DNA of 63,895 nucleotides, the filler included, from Sphacelaria rigidula (lineage: Eukaryota): the NCBI GenBank assembly GCA_964200075.2. It is 10 parts of 10 records of this genome, joined end to end, with 100 filler letters (N's around TTAATTAATTAA, not from the genome) between each part and the next. Parts side by side here need not be neighbours in the genome. Positions count along the whole stretch, not along the records: positions 44,799 to 51,097 come from CAXNAA020020933.1; positions 51,198 to 57,496 come from CAXNAA020020934.1; positions 57,597 to 63,895 come from CAXNAA020020935.1; 7 more parts are not named here. The stretch is one strand, 5' to 3'. The translations under genes were made by a program, and so were the position numbers. Of this stretch, positions 50,008-63,200 are shown in pieces. The first letter of the stretch is position 1. Every line of letters starts with the position of its first letter. Under the pieces are notes generated by a model. It made no database searches, was not told where the DNA came from, and saw nothing but the letters and a program-made list of their open reading frames with translations.

Positions 50008-51040
50008 CTATGGGCAGACAGCACAAGGCAACATAAATACAGTTATTCACTAGAAAATAACAAAACATGGGCAGGCGTGCACGCGGGTGATTATAACATT
50101 TCAATGCATGCATCTTCGAATCGAACAGAGAGTGTCATCTTGTCGTGATACACGCATGTTATTGCGTTCGGTGCTACCGCGTCATATTCACGGCTTCATA
50201 GGGCAAAAGAAAAATAAATGATGACAACCCAACCGACTGCTCCGGGGGGCATCCATTTCATGCTCGAAAAGACAGTTCGAGATGAGAGCCAGTTGACAGA
50301 TGGGTCGATCCCTTTTCAAGACTACGTGCTCATCCTGAGGAGAGGGGTGGGTTTAAAATATACCTGGAATTGAAGAAAAAACATCACTAAGTTCACTCTT
50401 TCACGGAGGCGGAGTTGAAAACGCGTCGTCCGAGTCCGTAAAGTGACGAGAAGGACGCTGCGCGGATGTGATAACCCAGTGTTGCGGAAAAGACCGTGGA
50501 TAGAACCGCCCGTTTTTGCGGAGAAATGCGAGGGTCACGGTCAGGGGAATGGAACCAGTGATCCAGGCATGACATTGGGAAGAAGTTTTCATGCATAAAT
50601 TTGCAGCATACTCGGGAGCTATCAACAATGCTCCATCTCCGAGTGACTGGGCAATAAAAACAAAACCTACTGGAAAAGGGAGAGAGATATGCTCTCCACC
50701 TCGAACTAACAAATGTCATCGCGCCAAATACTCTACGACATGATCTCCTGCGAGAATTCCACTTGTTTTCAAATAACACAAGACGGCTGGCGAAGCTTGG
50801 GTGTCATTGGGGGTCCGTTTCCGTGAATCGAGGCTCTTGCCAGTAAGCGGCGCTTCTGTACCCACCTCTACCTTTTCTGTTCTGAACAGGGAGAATTTGC
50901 ATGAAAATTCAAGGCCCGCAGATATCAGCAGCATTAAATTCCCTAGTCCTTATGGATCAGCGTAAAATCTACGCCCAGGTTGTCTTGGCGGACGCATTAT
51001 CGTATTTCGTCTTCCCGTGCTTTCAACTCTCGCCCTCCCC

Positions 51041-51090
<50 letters not shown>

Positions 51091-51782
51091 ACCCGCCNNN
51101 NNNNNNNNNNNNNNNNNNNNNNNNNNNNNNNNNNNNNNNNNTTAATTAATTAANNNNNNNNNNNNNNNNNNNNNNNNNNNNNNNNNNNNNNNNNNNNCAC
51201 GATCTCGGAACGGTTTTCCCCCCGATTTTTTCGAACCCGACTCGGTCTAAATCCGTGTCCATAAAATGCGTTCCCCGATTTTGAAAAAATCAAGAATCGT
51301 GCTTACCATAAAAGTGAGTCTTATGGCAGCACACAGATTTTCATACCATACTGTTCTGATTTGTATAACTCCACCAGGGTTTCGAGTTTTATGTTTGGCG
51401 TGTTTCAACAGCTCAGTCTCGTATATGTCTTGTGTGCTGTGGCGTGCTATTGTAATGTAACGTCACTGCCGCAGAGATATCATCACCACCCCACTAACAC
51501 CAGTGCCAGTTCTTTCGAGCACATGAGTAAGCGACCATGCCCCCCTCGTTCTTGCCAAAGTTTAATCCTTCATCGAAGGATTGCGTGACTACCCGCCAGA
51601 CAGCGACAGTGCGCATCACATGTCTTCCCTCTCAACGTCTGTGCAATATTTGACCGCGAGATCAGTCTTTCTGGATCATGCATGCTTTTTTTCACTTGAA
51701 ATTGATGCCGATTCAACAGAAGACCAACCTCGGGGTCTAGAGGTTGAGAGAGGCTTTCTCTTGAACCGAACAGTCGGTTGAA

Positions 51783-53300
51783 CCCTTTTGGGACTGGGCC
51801 TCCAGAACAACCAACGAGACTGGTTAGGAATGACTTGTCCTGCATATGCATGAAATAGTGACTCCATGTTGCTAAAAATCAACGTATGCATGTAACGGCA
51901 GGGTTAGATGGAGACCGAAAGTTTCATTTCACCTACTTTCAGATGCAGGTACCACTGTCTGGTCCATAATTCGGTTGTTGTGAGCATCAGGCAATGCACA
52001 GATGTATAAAGCAATGAGCTCTCTTGAACCGTGACCCCCACTGTACTGTATTTTAAAAATTCTAGAATTCCGAGGTAACAGACCCACCCTTCTATTCTCG
52101 TTTTTTGTCAAATTTGCCGTATTATGTGTACAGGTCAAGGTCAGTTGGTCGTCGTAACACTTTTTTTTTTCCCACCATCCGGGTGTTCACAGATCCCTTT
52201 CGCGTCCATGGTTCTCGTCTGTCGAGTGCCGACAACCCCCCGAGTTTTTGGAAAATGGTCTTTTATAGGCGCAGATAGATCGCAGACAGTCATTAGCGGT
52301 TTCAAGCGTTCACGCACTGTAATCATTTTCACCAAGAATACGTGGAGCAAAATTATCATAGTTGAGTGGGCGGGTGCATTTTCTCCCGTCACTCATCACT
52401 TGCTTTGCAGTGAAGCCGAAAAACGGCCTCGTAGGTACATTGACCTGGTGCAGGTTCCGACCCACTATGAGACTGGAGGGCGGATCAGCCTCAACATGAT
52501 CATCAGGCGGACTGCATTTGCAGCGGGACAGATATGCGTGGTGACCATTATAAAAAGGATACCAATCAGATCGCCTCATTTTGCTCGGGAATTGCCAGGA
52601 GAGTAGTCTAAAACGTAGTGTTCATGCGGTGGAATCTCATGGTCAATGACACCCGCACTCACATGGTATTGATAGTACAGTACACGGCCCCAACGCACAG
52701 CACCAGGAGTGTTGCAGCAGCGGATAGTGCCTCGTTTTTTTTGCGAAAGACGAGACAGTCACAAAGTGTGTGCGAGGTCTGACCGGTGACACGGGCTTCG
52801 ACCGTCAATGTTGCCCATGGACGAGGAGAGGAGGCCATCTGTTAAATGGGCATCAGTGACACTGGAGAATGGTATGCATGATGCAGATGAGCTACCCTTG
52901 CGGCCCAAGGATCGATCAAGCAGATCATGTCCCGGTGCATTTTTTGCCGATTATCATGAAGGCTGGGTCAGCCTGAAGCAGGCCAGTCATATGGTTGATA
53001 TCATTCTGTGGGTAAAAATTGTTTGTTCCTTGGAATTTGAATGTTGGACCCAGATCACCCACCCAGCGGTCAGAGGATCAACAGTACCTTTATGTTCCCC
53101 AGGTTGAAATATCCAAATGTAAAACGAATGGAAACGATGTTGTTGTGTTTTCTCTGTGAGGTAAACCTCGGTGGCTAAAGACCACGTACTGGGAGCTTCC
53201 GTTGGTTATTGGCAAAGCAACGCATGATCGTGGCAGCGCACGGGCGATTCTGCTGCTCGGAGAGAGCATACATCAGCGCCTAGCGCGTGTTTGTCTCTAA
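51783..53300 (-). pseudogene. Degenerate piggyBac-like transposase with its 3' terminus at 51783
   Basis: Decayed motifs in order on the minus strand: (D)EQ..PN...K, FVLHLDI, TIFTHR..ST..LA..L..G..CTGT, TVSR..KRG, YQYHVSAG.IDH, RR..WY.F...AYL. Terminus CCCTTTTGGGAC is shared with 2556-3595. Confidence 0.55.
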
Positions 53301-54176
53301 TACCGTCATCAGTCCATCGGTCTCACAACAGTTCGTATGAATTATCTCCGGTTTGAATCATCATATCAACGGTTTTTCAGGCCTGATTGCTCAACAAAGA
53401 GGAGGAGGTCGACCGCTAGCCAAAAAGATCTCCGCGCACTTTTTGCGCCATTCCACGTGCCTGGGTTGTAACGCTGAAAACAAAGCCTTAGATCTCACTG
53501 GTGTCGCCAATGCGGAGGTCGTGAGACTCTTGGTGACGGTAGGAACCGTCGAAGGTGGCCGATGATTTTCCTCGTGCTATGTAGTCAAGGATTGATCGTA
53601 AGTCGTGGGGTTTAGGCAGGTAGATCACTCGGGGAAGCTCGACGAGCGCGAGCGAGTTAGACCGAAGAAATGGTCCACAGAGATAGCCGGCAGTTCGCTG
53701 GAAAGATCCCTGCTGCCTTGGGGTCCCAGATCCGGCTGTACAGATATGGGAGTTTCGGGGCTCCCGGAAACAACCCGTCATGAAAGGAAAACTCTCCCCA
53801 CATACCAAAATGGTGATCTCCACACTAAGGCTTGATTCGTATGGTACGAATCAATCACACTAAAATCAAGTAATATCTAGACGAATCATTAATTTGTCCG
53901 ACTTTTGATCGGTTCGGACCTGCGATCAGATTAAATTGTTGGTTTTTCGTTACAGGAAACTGTGTATGCGTGCTTCCCCTTAAAAATCCAGGTCAGAATT
54001 CTCGAACTTCGCGCGATATGTACACTAACAAGGGTGTTGGAATTTTTTTACAAGGGACATCCTAAATTTTCCTCCATGCTCCTATAGCCGTTTTTCTAGC
54101 GCTTAGATCGCGAGGGTAGTCTGTTTGGATCATGCCCACTTTTTCAAGTGAAATGAACGCCGACTCAACAAATTTT

Positions 54177-54751
54177 CACACGTCGGACGAGCACGAGTAT
54201 GACTTGTGGCACTCGCACTCGTTGGGTTGCTCGTTGGGTGTAAGAAAAAATATAGCGAGTACTCCAGTCATTGCTCGTTGTGGGAAAAAATCACATGGCG
54301 AGTTCTCGAGTCAGTGCTTGTGGAGAAGTAAATGACTCGAACACACAAGTCGTTGCTCGTGATAAATGACTTGAATGGAACAAATAATTATAATGAGCCC
54401 TTCGACGATGTTGTATCTATACTTCAAGTTCATATGCACATCTGCACATGTACAACCGTCCAGCTCCATAACTCATTTCATTATATTCAAGCAGCCCCCC
54501 ACTCACACACTCACATACGAGAGTTATACTACAGCGGGGGAGAGAGTATTTCTCGAGTAGTACATTTACAAGATAATTAGAGCGAGCACTCGAGTCGATG
54601 CTCGCTGTGGAAAAATGAATGACTCGAGTACACGAGCCATTGCTCGTGGCGAAACAATTGATGACTTGAGCACACCAGCCATGGTCATTGTCTTTTTTTA
54701 AGCATCCACGACTGCACTCATTTCGACGAGTAGTGAGTCGTCCGACGTGTG
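54177..54751. mobile_element. hAT-like MITE, same family as 2160-3753
   Basis: TIR CACACGTCGGACGA / TCGTCCGACGTGTG; 8-bp TSD CAAATTTT/CAAATTTC. The internal part matches ~1700-1845. Confidence 0.82.
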
Positions 54752-55479
54752 CAAATTTCTCAAATGCTCGAGATGGAGGTGGTTTTTGACCCCGCAGCTT
54801 TGGTTGAATGGGCCTGCTCCCTCCCCCCCCCCCCACAAAAAAGCAAATGTACGGTGAAAGATGGTCCTCAAAGTGTCGTTGCGCTCCCCTCCTCCGAGCT
54901 TCAGGTCCTCTCAAACGTCGCGCGAGGAATCTCCCTGGGTACTTGGGGGACGTCAACTAGTGGGACCAGTCTGAAGCTGTTGTGGATATGACTGGTACGA
55001 CGAAGACCTCAAACAACATTGCCCCCCCCCCCCCCCCTCCGCTAACGCCGATATGTCGATCATGAGTACATCCACTGATATAGAGCACACGCCAATGTGA
55101 GCACAGCACGCACTGTATCGTAACAAGGCGCTGCACAGCAGTGTGTGGTGTTTTGAGACTGGTGATTTCGGGTCGATTTGCCATCCTAGTTGGTCTATGC
55201 TTTCATAGTTTTATCAAAAACCAAGGATTCCATCACAACGCGGCATTGTCAACCCTGCACACCCGTGGGATATTCAAAGATAATCGCATGCATGGTTGAT
55301 CGTGTCACTCTTGATTCATATGCACACAGGTGCAACAGCTGCCAGCAGAGGCAGCTACGAGCACAGCACAATGGTCTGTTGGAGTACACCACATATCCGC
55401 AGTCTTCCCTAAGGTTCCACCCACTGTCATCGCAATGCACCAAGAGCGCCTTGAACTGCACTGCAGCTTGTAACACAAC

Positions 55480-56330
55480 CTACAAGTGGCGCTGTGTTGT
55501 ACCCTCATACATGCAGCCTCGAGCTGGGCCGTTCTGCTTCCCTCGAGCTTGTGCTGCTGGCTGATATCACTGAACGATAGTGTGTCGTAAATTCCACGTA
55601 AATAAGCACAACGACTCCCCTCTCTTTTCCTCTGGCGACCGAAACAACCTCGTACTTGACTGCAACCTGGCCGACAACAACTGCATGTGGAATATGGTAC
55701 CGATTCGCCCCCATCCACAACCCTCACATGCTGCTGCGCTCTGATCCTCCACATTCGACACGTTGCCACTTGCACCCATGATTTTATATCAAATTTTCAC
55801 CGCTTTGTATTTGTTCTGCAGTTTGCGGCACAACCAGCAGCATGTGCTTGCCGATGGGATATACATTTGGTTCAGCATTACCGTACTCTCGGTCAAGAAC
55901 CCAATGCCACTTTCATCCAGCAGGCGATATTTGTTTCAACACCCATTTGATGAGCAAACGAGGAAAATCTCGGGTCTTACCCCAAGGTTGGCGTTTGTTG
56001 ACTTCGCTACTTGTACTGCGAGTGTAACAAGCACAATGCAGCTGTGGATAACTCATTTTATACCTGTGACAGAAATGTAGACCCTCATGAACGAGGACAA
56101 GGACTTACGGGACCAAACAAATTGCAGCGTCCAGAAAGCCCCACTTGTGGTCCAAGCATCAGTGCTTGAATGAAACAACGAATGATCAGATGCCACGGTA
56201 CGTACATGACAAACCCCTTGACATCCGACGCGGCTAAACGTCGTACCGACGGTCCCGACCGCATGGAGGGAGGAGAACAGCGCTCCCGATGTACGAACAT
56301 CTACTCCCGTGCCTGTGTTGGTGTAAAAGC
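55480..56330 (-). pseudogene. Degenerate Mutator (MULE)-like transposase
   Basis: D..WGFLDAA..LVP...HFCHRY (D..KGL..A...P...H..C.RH), SWIM-like TCSCCRP.C, and terminal ACMRVQHSATC (zinc-knuckle-like). Confidence 0.45.
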
Positions 56331-56634
56331 CATTTTTCACTCGTTCGCGGTCGAAGGGCTGAAAGGCTGTCATGGGCGGTAGTTTGCACGTTGACTACTG
56401 TGTACGGTACATGGAATCAAAAATATCAAAATCCCCCCCCCCTCCCACCTCCTTGCTATAGCATGCATGATCATGAATACACCCCACCTCCTTGCCTTCG
56501 TTTTCCCTTTCTCTCCCGTTCTTCTTCTTTCATCAGGTTCTGTGTCGTTCCCTGTATACTGCCGGGTCTTCTTCCCTCGCATCACCCCCTCTCCCCCCCA
56601 CACGCCCACATCCACACCTGACACATCACAGACC

Positions 56635-56691
56635 ATGTCTGCCCTGGAGGAGAAGTCTCAAGCCACTGATGCCGCCGCTGATGAATCCGAG
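56635..56691 (+). CDS. SKP1: SKP1, first coding exon
   Basis: cag|accATG MSALEEKSQATDAAADESE|gtttgt; phase 0 joins the next exon. Confidence 0.8.
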
Positions 56692-57038
56692 GTTTGTATG
56701 TTTTGGATTATCTTGTATCGAGAGTACCGATCGTCTTCGTGTTCCGCAAGGCGTCCACCTTCATATGCCCTCGACATGACCCGTTTTGTAGCATCTTGTA
56801 TCGAGCGTACCGACCGTCTTCGTGTTCCCGCAAGGCGTCCACATTCATATGTTGACGACATACCGCATATTTGCTCCCAAACCCATCAGGATGTGCGTAA
56901 TTCCCCGTATGAAACTTCCCTCGACTGGTGAAGACAGAGCAACTTGCGCGTGAGTCAAGGTTTCAGATTTCGAAAAGTGATTCGCCCTCGTTCCCCGCTT
57001 ACCCCCTCCTGGCGCGCTCCTGTATTTGGTCTTGTCAG

Positions 57039-57141
57039 GACACGCGTTCGGTACACCTTGTGTCACAAGAGGGCGAGAGCTTCGACATCAAGGCGAGCGT
57101 TGCCAAGATGAGCAACCTCGTCAAGACTATGATCACTGACG
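57039..57141 (+). CDS. SKP1: SKP1 exon 2 (BTB/POZ N-terminus)
   Basis: cag|DTRSVHLVSQEGESFDIKASVAKMSNLVKTMITD(G)|gtgagg. Confidence 0.92.
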
Positions 57142-57164
57142 GTGAGGACAGCGGGCGTTGAAAC

Positions 57165-57203
<39 letters not shown>

Positions 57204-58404
57204 GTCCCTCTCGTTTGAGTGGACCACGAACTTCTGTATAGTGCGTCTGTTCTTGCTCTGGAGGCTCGCGCGATCCATTCCCTGGTACTGTTCCTGAGGA
57301 GTTGAGCTACGATAGGGGTGCACAAATATTTTCTGGGGTTGGAACTGGCACGAACCCTCCATGTCATCCAAAACACGATTTATTGTGAATCATGCAAGGG
57401 TCGGACAAACAATGAGTCGTCTGGAAATCACTTGGTTTTAGTATGATAAGTCGACTCGTGACGAATCAACCCCTAGGTTTTATTTCAGCGTTGCAANNNN
57501 NNNNNNNNNNNNNNNNNNNNNNNNNNNNNNNNNNNNNNNNTTAATTAATTAANNNNNNNNNNNNNNNNNNNNNNNNNNNNNNNNNNNNNNNNNNNNTGCA
57601 AACCCCCCCCCCCCCCGCAAGGTGGCTGTGCGCACCGTTTACACACCCAGGGTACACCAAAAATAATACCCCCCCCCCCCCCCCCCCCCCGTGCTCCGTC
57701 TCGGCTTTGTAGGGATGCGAGGCCAATGGTCTTATGACTATGGTATGCATGATCATGAGTACACCCCCCCCCCCTCCTCGGGACGAGTCCGTGGTCTCAA
57801 GGGATGAATCAACCCATCTCTTCCCGGTACACGCCCTGCATTTTGGTCTCGCGGATTGGATGATGACGAGCACTCTCGCACCGCGTCGACTCTCAGCCAT
57901 TACTCACTCAGGTCCATTTTGCTACTCCCGTCCTCCAGCTTTCAACCCAAACGCAATCTGGCGGGAATCGAACCCGCGTTGATCGATCGATCGGTTGATT
58001 ATCTCACATCAGCTGATGATTGCAACAATCCAGCCCGTGGTCAGGAGCAGCAAAAAAAAAGCAACTTTTCCACCCTCACGGTGTTAGTTGCATGTATGCC
58101 TTCAGCATGACGGTGTTTTTTGTTTTTCTTTACTTCTCTTGTCGTAAACGAGCTGTCATTGTTTGGTACTGCACATGTTTCACCCGACTCCCTCCTCCTC
58201 CAGTTTCCCCCCTCACCCTGCTCCCCGCTCGCCCGCTCGCCCCCCCCCCGCGCGCGCGCTGCCTCTCTCGTGCGCGTCTGGTGTGGGCTCGCGCGCGGAC
58301 CTGTCACTGCGTGTGAATTTTCGTCTCTTCCTGCCCTTGTGTCTATCTCTCTGTATGTCCGTCGGTCGTCGGTGTGGCTGATTTGCGGTGGTATGCACTG
58401 ACAG

Positions 58405-58542
58405 GTGCCGGATTTCAACGATATGTACGAACTGTACGACCCATGTACGGTGATGTTTTTCTTCCGGAACAAGCACATCATGATCGATCTTGGCACCGGT
58501 AACAACAACAAGATTTCCTGGGCTTTCAACAACAAACAAGAG
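58405..58542 (+). CDS. TXNL4A: U5 snRNP 15 kDa protein DIM1/TXNL4A, penultimate exon
   Basis: cag|VPDFNDMYELYDPCTVMFFFRNKHIMIDLGTGNNNKISWAFNNKQE|gtgacc. Confidence 0.97.
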
Positions 58543-59977
58543 GTGACCCTGAAGCGAAAGCGTGTCGTGTCGTGTCGTGTCGTGCGTGCGTGCGTATTTG
58601 TTTGTTTCTTTGCATGCGTAGTCATTTCTCACAACGCGAGTCGTATTGTAGGGAAATCAGGTTTCCAAGCAGTGATTCGATTTTTGTGATCCACGTAAAG
58701 CGCACGTATGTTCTGGAGGGTATCCTCCCGTTGCTTAGGGGGCGGCCAGCCTCCTTGGGTCCTGGTGTGGAAAGCCGACCGTACATGACGCGCTTAGGAA
58801 GGCGTGTGTCCTTCTGCCGGACGAGGGCTCCCGCGAACTAGAGTTGTCGTTTGCGAACAGCCGCCTCCATACGTGCGCAGTCGGTCATCTCAAATTACAG
58901 CACGGCATTATCGTGTACTGTGATGGTGGAGTGTTCTGCACTGTATTATACCCTAGGGTACCACGGCACGACGCTGTTATTGAATGATGATTCATTGCCA
59001 GCCAGTCTTTTGGCTTCACCATCATGTATACGGTACCACACCCCTGCAGAAAATGACCCTCCGTGTACAAAACTATTTCAAAGAATCTATGAAATCATGA
59101 TGGGGCCACTACGAACCTGACGTTCACGATATACGACACCTCGATCTTGCAGTGATTGAGGTTTCGGCAGATTCGGGATTTGTACGGATAACAAATGGCC
59201 TTACAAGGTACCTCCCGACACATTACAAACCCATTTCCGTGTCTTTCCCTGTTTTTTTTTGTCGCCTAGTTACGACCATCGCATCTTCCTTTGGTCTAGT
59301 TGGGATAGTCGTATCTCGGCGAAAAAGAGATGAAATGAATGAGGGATAGGTTCAACATATGTCGGTGAGTACCTTGCAAATCACGCGTCCTCATTTCGGA
59401 TTCTCACTCGAAAATTGTTAGCGCATGGCGATATTGGTGAATTCCCCCGTCTCTTGGCTGTCCCGGCTTGAAGTATAACCGTTGGTCAGCAGTAGATGTT
59501 GTCAGTCGTGGTCATCATCTATGAAGGTTGCAGGCACGCCCAAGAGAATGGTGCATAATGGAAGAATAGTTTAACGCATCTCGGTCAACCATGGCAACAT
59601 GGTTGCAGGTGCACTTCGATTGGTTGATAACTTCATAGTTTTGCGTCGTTCCTGCTCACCGACGATGCCCGTCCAGCGTCTTAATGTACGCCTTAAACGG
59701 ACATACTCCGATAACGCGGGGCAGGAACAGCACACAAAATATCGGAACAGAAGTCACGGCCAGTCGAAAGGTTAAATAGTTCCCAGGCAGACATTGCTTC
59801 TAGTATCGTTGATAATTCAAGTACCCAGCAGTTACGTATATTCCATTATCACAAGCAAAGTCACAGGGTGAGTAAGCAGGTTGCTGCCACATTCCCGTCC
59901 TTTCCCTCTTCCTGCAAAGCCCTTGTTCTAATCTATGAATCAATCTGCGCGTGATTTTTTGTTGTTGTTCCGCCCAG

Positions 59978-60073
59978 ATGATTGATATTATGGAGGTTGT
60001 GTACAGAGGAGCGCGAAAGGGACGAGGTTTGGTCGTTTCGCCCAAGGACTACTCCACCAAGTACAAGTACTAG
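59978..60073 (+). CDS. TXNL4A: DIM1/TXNL4A last exon
   Basis: cag|MIDIMEVVYRGARKGRGLVVSPKDYSTKYKY*. Confidence 0.97.
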   Translation: MIDIMEVVYRGARKGRGLVVSPKDYSTKYKY

Positions 60074-61015
60074 GAGAGAGCATCTTCAAGTGGCCGGAGC
60101 AGCAGCTGCAAGTACCTCGAAACCAGCTCCGTCGTTGGAGTACGCTGGGGATGGCGAAGGCGGGATCGGCATCTTATGACCCATGGGGTCCTCGCTCAAG
60201 CCGTACTGCTGTGACTCTCGTCAAACCCTTTTTCCAATAGAGACGGTGGCTTGGATTCGGGATCCTTTCACTACCCCCACCACCAGTCCTCGTTATCCTG
60301 AAGTGGGGGGAGGGGGGGGGGGGCATAGGTCGGCGATCCGCCCGCGAGGAGAGGGTTCGTGGGTCGCTTGTTCAGTCGTGTGAAAGAACGATCATCTATT
60401 TCAATGGGCCCTTGTTCTTCTCTGGGAGTGTGTTGTTCTTCCCTTATGTACATATACATGCACGGGTACAGAGGCTGTGACGTCGTAAGTCGATCGCTGA
60501 GCTCGTATCTCTTAAGTCGCGGGGTAGAAACATGCAGTACACCGTGCGTCTTTTTTTTTTTTGCGTCAGAGGGGGGGGGGGGGTGGGCGTTGCTGCGCTG
60601 GCTGGTAAGGTTGCGTGAGAAATGAAGCAAACAATCTCCCGCGGTTTATCGTCTTGCGTTCGTCTGCCCACTGTGTTACAGCGCAGGAGACGCATCTACG
60701 CGAGCTGTACGATGGAGTTTTCGCTGTACGTGGCATTGTCGTTCTGTACTGCGGCTGGCGCTGCTGCGTCGAACGTGGGAACCGAACTCTGTTGTATATT
60801 TGCGTTGAGTGATTGTTGATGGTGTTCCTGGAGTGTTGTTGTTACCTCAGTTCCTTTAGTGGCTACGACAAAAGTGCTGACATGAGGCGCTGATTCACGC
60901 CTGTGAGATGTGGGGCAGCGCAGTGTGGTTTTGGGAGAGAAACTATCATTCTTGTTTCTTTTGGATTTATTATATTCTTCTCGATTGCGCATGATGGCTC
61001 CAACTGTGTTGTCAC

Positions 61016-61360
61016 GTGGTATATATGAAGCTCTCATACAAACACACCACCTGTTTCGGCAAGATCGATTTTGCCTCGGGAGCGATCGACCCTAACCGAG
61101 TGCTGAAGCCAGACGAACGTGGACAATTTGGATTGGAACAAGCACTGCGAAATATGTGTTACAACAAAACAAACTACCGACGGTTTGCGGAAGCACGGGA
61201 GACTGTTCGAATCGTATCTGATCCTCTGGTGCCTTCGCTCGCTTTCTGGGAACGAAAACGACCGCAGAGTTGTCCCGCGATCGCTGCGGTCGCACGCCTC
61301 ATTCACCACTTGATTCACTCATGGCGAGAAATGATCAGTTCAGGACAGGACGTACCCTAA
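61016..61360 (+). pseudogene. hAT transposase C-terminal dimerisation-domain relic
   Basis: DPLVPSLAFWERKRPQSCPAIAAVARL resembles DPL.WW......P.LA..AR; the downstream ER.FS motif is missing. Confidence 0.45.
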
Positions 61361-61474
61361 GCAGTATAGTACACGAGAACACTATTGCTGAGGGCGCGAG
61401 CTCGTAAGATGTTTGTAGTTGGAGCTAATTAGCGTTTTGAGCTGGACTTATTCAACTATACCTGTTGACGGACT

Positions 61475-62034
61475 GAGTGATGCTACGATGGGGGTGCACA
61501 ATTGTTTTCTTCCGGTAGAATTCTTAGGAGCCCTTCATTTCATCCAAAACACGGCTTATGAAATATGTGAGAGAGCGCCAGGATTACTCTTCCAATGTGC
61601 TACGGATGTCTCGAATTAATGTGCTAAAGGGGATGCCCTGACCCACATTATTGTGCATCTTGGATCATTAGAAGCCCCTGAACCAGATAAGATATTGCCC
61701 AAAAAGTGCACCCTTACCATAGCATTGCTAGACTGCCGTGGGCTGCCGGAGTTTCCCCGAAAACTCCCGCGAACATCCGGGGAGTGATGCTACGGTAGGG
61801 GGACACAACTATTTTTTGAGGTTAGAATTGTTAGGAGCCCGTTACCGCATCCAAAACACGACCCATGATAATATGCGAGAGTACGAATTACTATTTCAAT
61901 GTGCGGGGGATATTCCGAATTAATTCGCAAACCGGGATGCCCTGATCCATTTTCTTGTGCGTCTAGAATCGTTAGGAGCCCCTGAACCAGACAAAATTTC
62001 GCGAAAAAAGTGCACTCCTACCGCAGCATTGCTC
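61475..62034. mobile_element. Two tandem ~255-bp MITEs (61475-61729, 61782-62034)
   Basis: Each has TIR GAGTGATGCTACG.T.GGGG.(G)CAC / GTGCAC.C.TACC..AGCATTGCT and a homologous interior. Confidence 0.85.
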
Positions 62035-62789
62035 CGAGGACGAATGGTACTGGTGTTGTCTTCACAGGTGTCCGTGGTATTGTGTAGAGTATATTCAGGC
62101 CAACTGTAACTCAGAACACAACATGAAACCAAAAAAACTGCCGAAGGGATAGCTCGCGAGAAGAATCAGGTAGAAAAACTGCTCAGGGCACGCAGACGCG
62201 TGTGTCGTATCACACATTTGATATGTCGTGATGAGTTGATCAGTTTGATTTTTTTGATTGATTGTCGCACTTCAACTGACTACCCATGGGTCCAGCCGTG
62301 GTCGCATGATAGATGTACCCAAGAAAAGAAAAACTGAAACACTCGCTCAAACAAAAAGGAACAGAAAAATGTTCAACAGAACGACATAGTAGACTAGGAC
62401 GTTGAAAAAGGGGGGGGGGGGGAAAGAAACTTCAACGAAAGCGAAGTACAGAAAGAGATAGCGGACCTGAAAAAAAAACAGAGCATAAAATAAAAAAAGT
62501 AAAGGAGAGAAGAGATGGCCGACCCCCCCACCCCAAATGGAGTCAAATATTTCAAAGGAAAGCCCAAGGGATTCAGGGCAGTAGAGTAGATATAGACACA
62601 CACCAGTACAATATTCGAAATTAGGTTCATTGAGGCTCTGAAGGTGTTCGCGACCTGCATGCTCTCATGTGCCTACTTCACCCGCGAAACAGCCACGTCA
62701 CCAAGGATTTTCGCCCCATGAAATAGCGAGCGGTCATGCTCTCATCATTGATGTCATTCGAGCAGAAGAAGGTGAGAAGCATGTACGTA

Positions 62790-63200
62790 TGGTTTTACGC
62801 TGCATGGATGAAAAGAGGGAAGCATATACACTTGATCCATCTCGTACGAATGGAAGGTGGGGAAGATGTCCATACGATTCATGCTGCATGAGTGGTAATT
62901 GGGAAACACGCATGGTTGATTCATCGCGTATGGATGGAAGGCAGAGAACACGTGCGCATGATACACACTCATGGATGCAAAATGGGAAATATGAACTCAT
63001 GATTCATGGCGTATGCGTGGAGGACAGGGAACATGTGCCCATGACTCATGGTCTATGGATTGAAATAGGGAAACATGTACCTGTGATTCATACCATACGA
63101 CTGGAATGTGGAAATCGTGTAGCTGATTCATACCATATAAATGGAAGGCAGGAGACGTGTACCTTTGACGGTGTGCCGCATGAATCACGAACTGGGGATG
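62790..63200 (+). repeat. Diverged 42-bp minisatellite
   Basis: GA(T/C)TCAT anchors at 62834, 62876, 62918, 63001, 63043, 63085 and 63125. Confidence 0.8.

Noticed and set aside
59670..59735. Similarity to exon 37371-37542 (KAYIK) suggesting a paralogue in the DIM1 intron
   Set aside because: The match is too short and does not extend; VLFLP..PFKAYIK fits a pogo/Tc1 relic equally weakly.
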